Under the pieces are notes generated by a model. The model did no database searches and had not been told where the DNA came from. It worked only from the letters and a program-made list of their open reading frames with translations. A stretch of 64,000 bases of DNA, from the NCBI GenBank assembly GCA_009692185.1, contig SHZT01000001.1, forward strand, positions 205,247 through 269,246. The letters run 5' to 3'. The number at the start of each line of letters is the position of its first letter. Positions within the stretch are counted from its first letter, which is position 1. The translations under genes were made by a program, and so were the position numbers. Shown here in pieces: positions 62,735 through 64,000 of this stretch. The stretch is from Gemmatimonadota bacterium. GTDB taxonomy: Bacteria; Gemmatimonadota; Gemmatimonadetes; Gemmatimonadales; GWC2-71-9.

Positions 62735-63861
62735 GCCTTCTCCACATCATCCAGCGCGTGGGCGAGCCGCTCCAGCGCGGTATCGATGTCACGATCATCG
62801 TGGGCCAGCGATACAAAGTTGTACGCGGACCGCTTGAACAGGAGCCCGTGTTGCGCGGCGCGGGCGGCGACGGCGACGGAGACCGCGTCATCCGGAAAGG
62901 CGAGGTAGCACATCTCCGGCACTCCCCGGACGCCGCTCACCAGCCGGGGGTGCGCAGCCGCGAGCGCGCCGAGTCCCGAATGGAAACGGGCGCCGGCATT
63001 GGCGATCTGCTCCTGCGCCTTTTCCTCCTGGAAGATATCCATGACGGCGAGCGCGGCCCGGAGACTCACGAACTCGGTGGCGAGCGTCGAGGAAATCCAG
63101 GTGCGGCTCGCGGCTTCCAGGAGGGATCGCGGGCCAGACACCGCGGCGATCGGGAACCCGTTGCCGAGGGCCTTGCCCGTCACGACGAGGTCAGGCGTGA
63201 CGGCGAACGGTCGCAGGCGGAAGGCCGTCTTGATCGCGTCGAAAATGAGCACGGCCCCAGCACCCTGCGCCGACCGCTTGAGGCTCTCGAGCCACTTGAG
63301 GTCGGGCGCCGCGTCTACCACCGGTTCGACCACGATCGCGGCAAGGGGCGGGGACTCGCGCACCGCGCGCTCCAGCGCGGCGATGTCGTTGAACGGGATC
63401 TCCCGTCGCAGCTCGAGCAGCGCCCGGGGCACCCCTTCCCCGCCCTGGCACCAATCCAGCCAGCCGTGGTACCCGCAGGTCAGCACGTGCTCCCGGCCCG
63501 TGTGGACCCGTGCGATGCGCACGGCCGCCGCCACGGCCTCCGCCCCCGTCTTCAGAAAACGCGATGACTCGACCCCCGGGAGGACCGCCGCCAACCGCTC
63601 GGCGAGCTTCGCTTCTTCCACCGGCGCGAGGGAGCCCACGGCCCCGTCCCGCATGGCTCCCTCCGCCGCTTCCACGACGGCCGGGTGCGCGTACCCCAGC
63701 GCCACGGCACCCAGCGCCATGATGGTATCGAGATACTCACGGTCCTCGTCGTCCCACAGCCGGCAGCCGCGGGAGCGCGACATGCGGAGCGGCACGCCCG
63801 GCAGGCCGCCAAACAGGGCTTCGGGCCGCTTGCTCCCGGTGGAGGAAAAGCCGGGAATCAC
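62728..63861 (-). CDS. Class III aminotransferase (glutamate-1-semialdehyde aminomutase-like)
   Basis: GTG start in a GTGA overlap with the upstream gene's stop. GFSSTGSKRP, TGAEAVAAAVRIAR, FDAIKTAFR (PLP Lys). Confidence 0.8.
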   Translation of the reverse strand: MIPGFSSTGSKRPEALFGGLPGVPLRMSRSRGCRLWDDEDREYLDTIMALGAVALGYAHPAVVEAAEGAMRDGAVGSLAPVEEAKLAERLAAVLPGVESSRFLKTGAEAVAAAVRIARVHTGREHVLTCGYHGWLDWCQGGEGVPRALLELRREIPFNDIAALERAVRESPPLAAIVVEPVVDAAPDLKWLESLKRSAQGAGAVLIFDAIKTAFRLRPFAVTPDLVVTGKALGNGFPIAAVSGPRSLLEAASRTWISSTLATEFVSLRAALAVMDIFQEEKAQEQIANAGARFHSGLGALAAAHPRLVSGVRGVPEMCYLAFPDDAVSVAVAARAAQHGLLFKRSAYNFVSLAHDDRDIDTALERLAHALDDVEKAC

Positions 63862-64000
63862 GATAGCGTTCCGGTCCGTTCCAGGAACCGCACGACCTCG
63901 ATGCACATGGCCCGGATCAACTTGGCCTCGCGCTGGTCCAGCGGCACCCGGTGCACGACTTCGCGCACGCTGCGCATCACCGTTTCCCGCTGGCGGGTCT
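63858..64000 (-). CDS. Hypothetical protein, C-terminal 47 codons only (gene continues beyond the window)
   Basis: Manual translation gives ..RQRETVMRSVREVVHRVPLDQREAKLIRAMCIEVVRFLERTGTLS*. The stop overlaps the aminotransferase GTG. Confidence 0.4.
   Translation of the reverse strand, partial: TRQRETVMRSVREVVHRVPLDQREAKLIRAMCIEVVRFLERTGTLS

Overview
High-GC bacterial chromosomal segment, densely coded, with many 4-nt ATGA/GTGA start-stop overlaps. The gene content (Alternative Complex III, TonB/ExbBD, M6 protease, LVIVD lipoproteins) suggests a Gemmatimonadota- or Acidobacteriota-like organism; that placement is inference only. From left to right the window holds: transporters and a sugar kinase; a TonB-ExbB-ExbD-ExbD-TonB cluster; a two-component pair next to a decayed GAF-kinase; a peroxiredoxin/SodA pair; tRNA-Ala; an M6 metalloprotease; an alpha-oxoamine synthase/GNAT/SDR lipid-type trio; Cu-motif proteins; a Cys-cluster protein coupled to a pseudokinase; a GGDEF cyclase; two LVIVD paralogues; a sulfur block (YeeE/YedE, CysO-Mec-CysM, CysG-Sir, ThrA-ThrC); a complete actABCDEF operon; and a tightly coupled operon of at least 8 uncharacterised enzymes. 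No mobile elements, CRISPR arrays or rRNA were seen. The best candidate for something new is the 400-bp divergent region at 42.6-43.0 kb. Each strand there carries a short ORF rich in rare TGT Cys codons, then an antiterminator-capable segment, then a terminator, just upstream of cysM-mec-cysO on one side and cysG-sir on the other. Other candidates are a family of palindromes whose arms are 7-9-nt tandem repeats sitting on gene junctions, a 46-aa mini-cupredoxin lipoprotein upstream of a protein with a PHM-like His/Met pattern, a ceramide-type lipid trio, and a pseudokinase operon. Four genes look decayed, though assembly error cannot be excluded. All functional calls come from motif recognition by eye; no searches were run.
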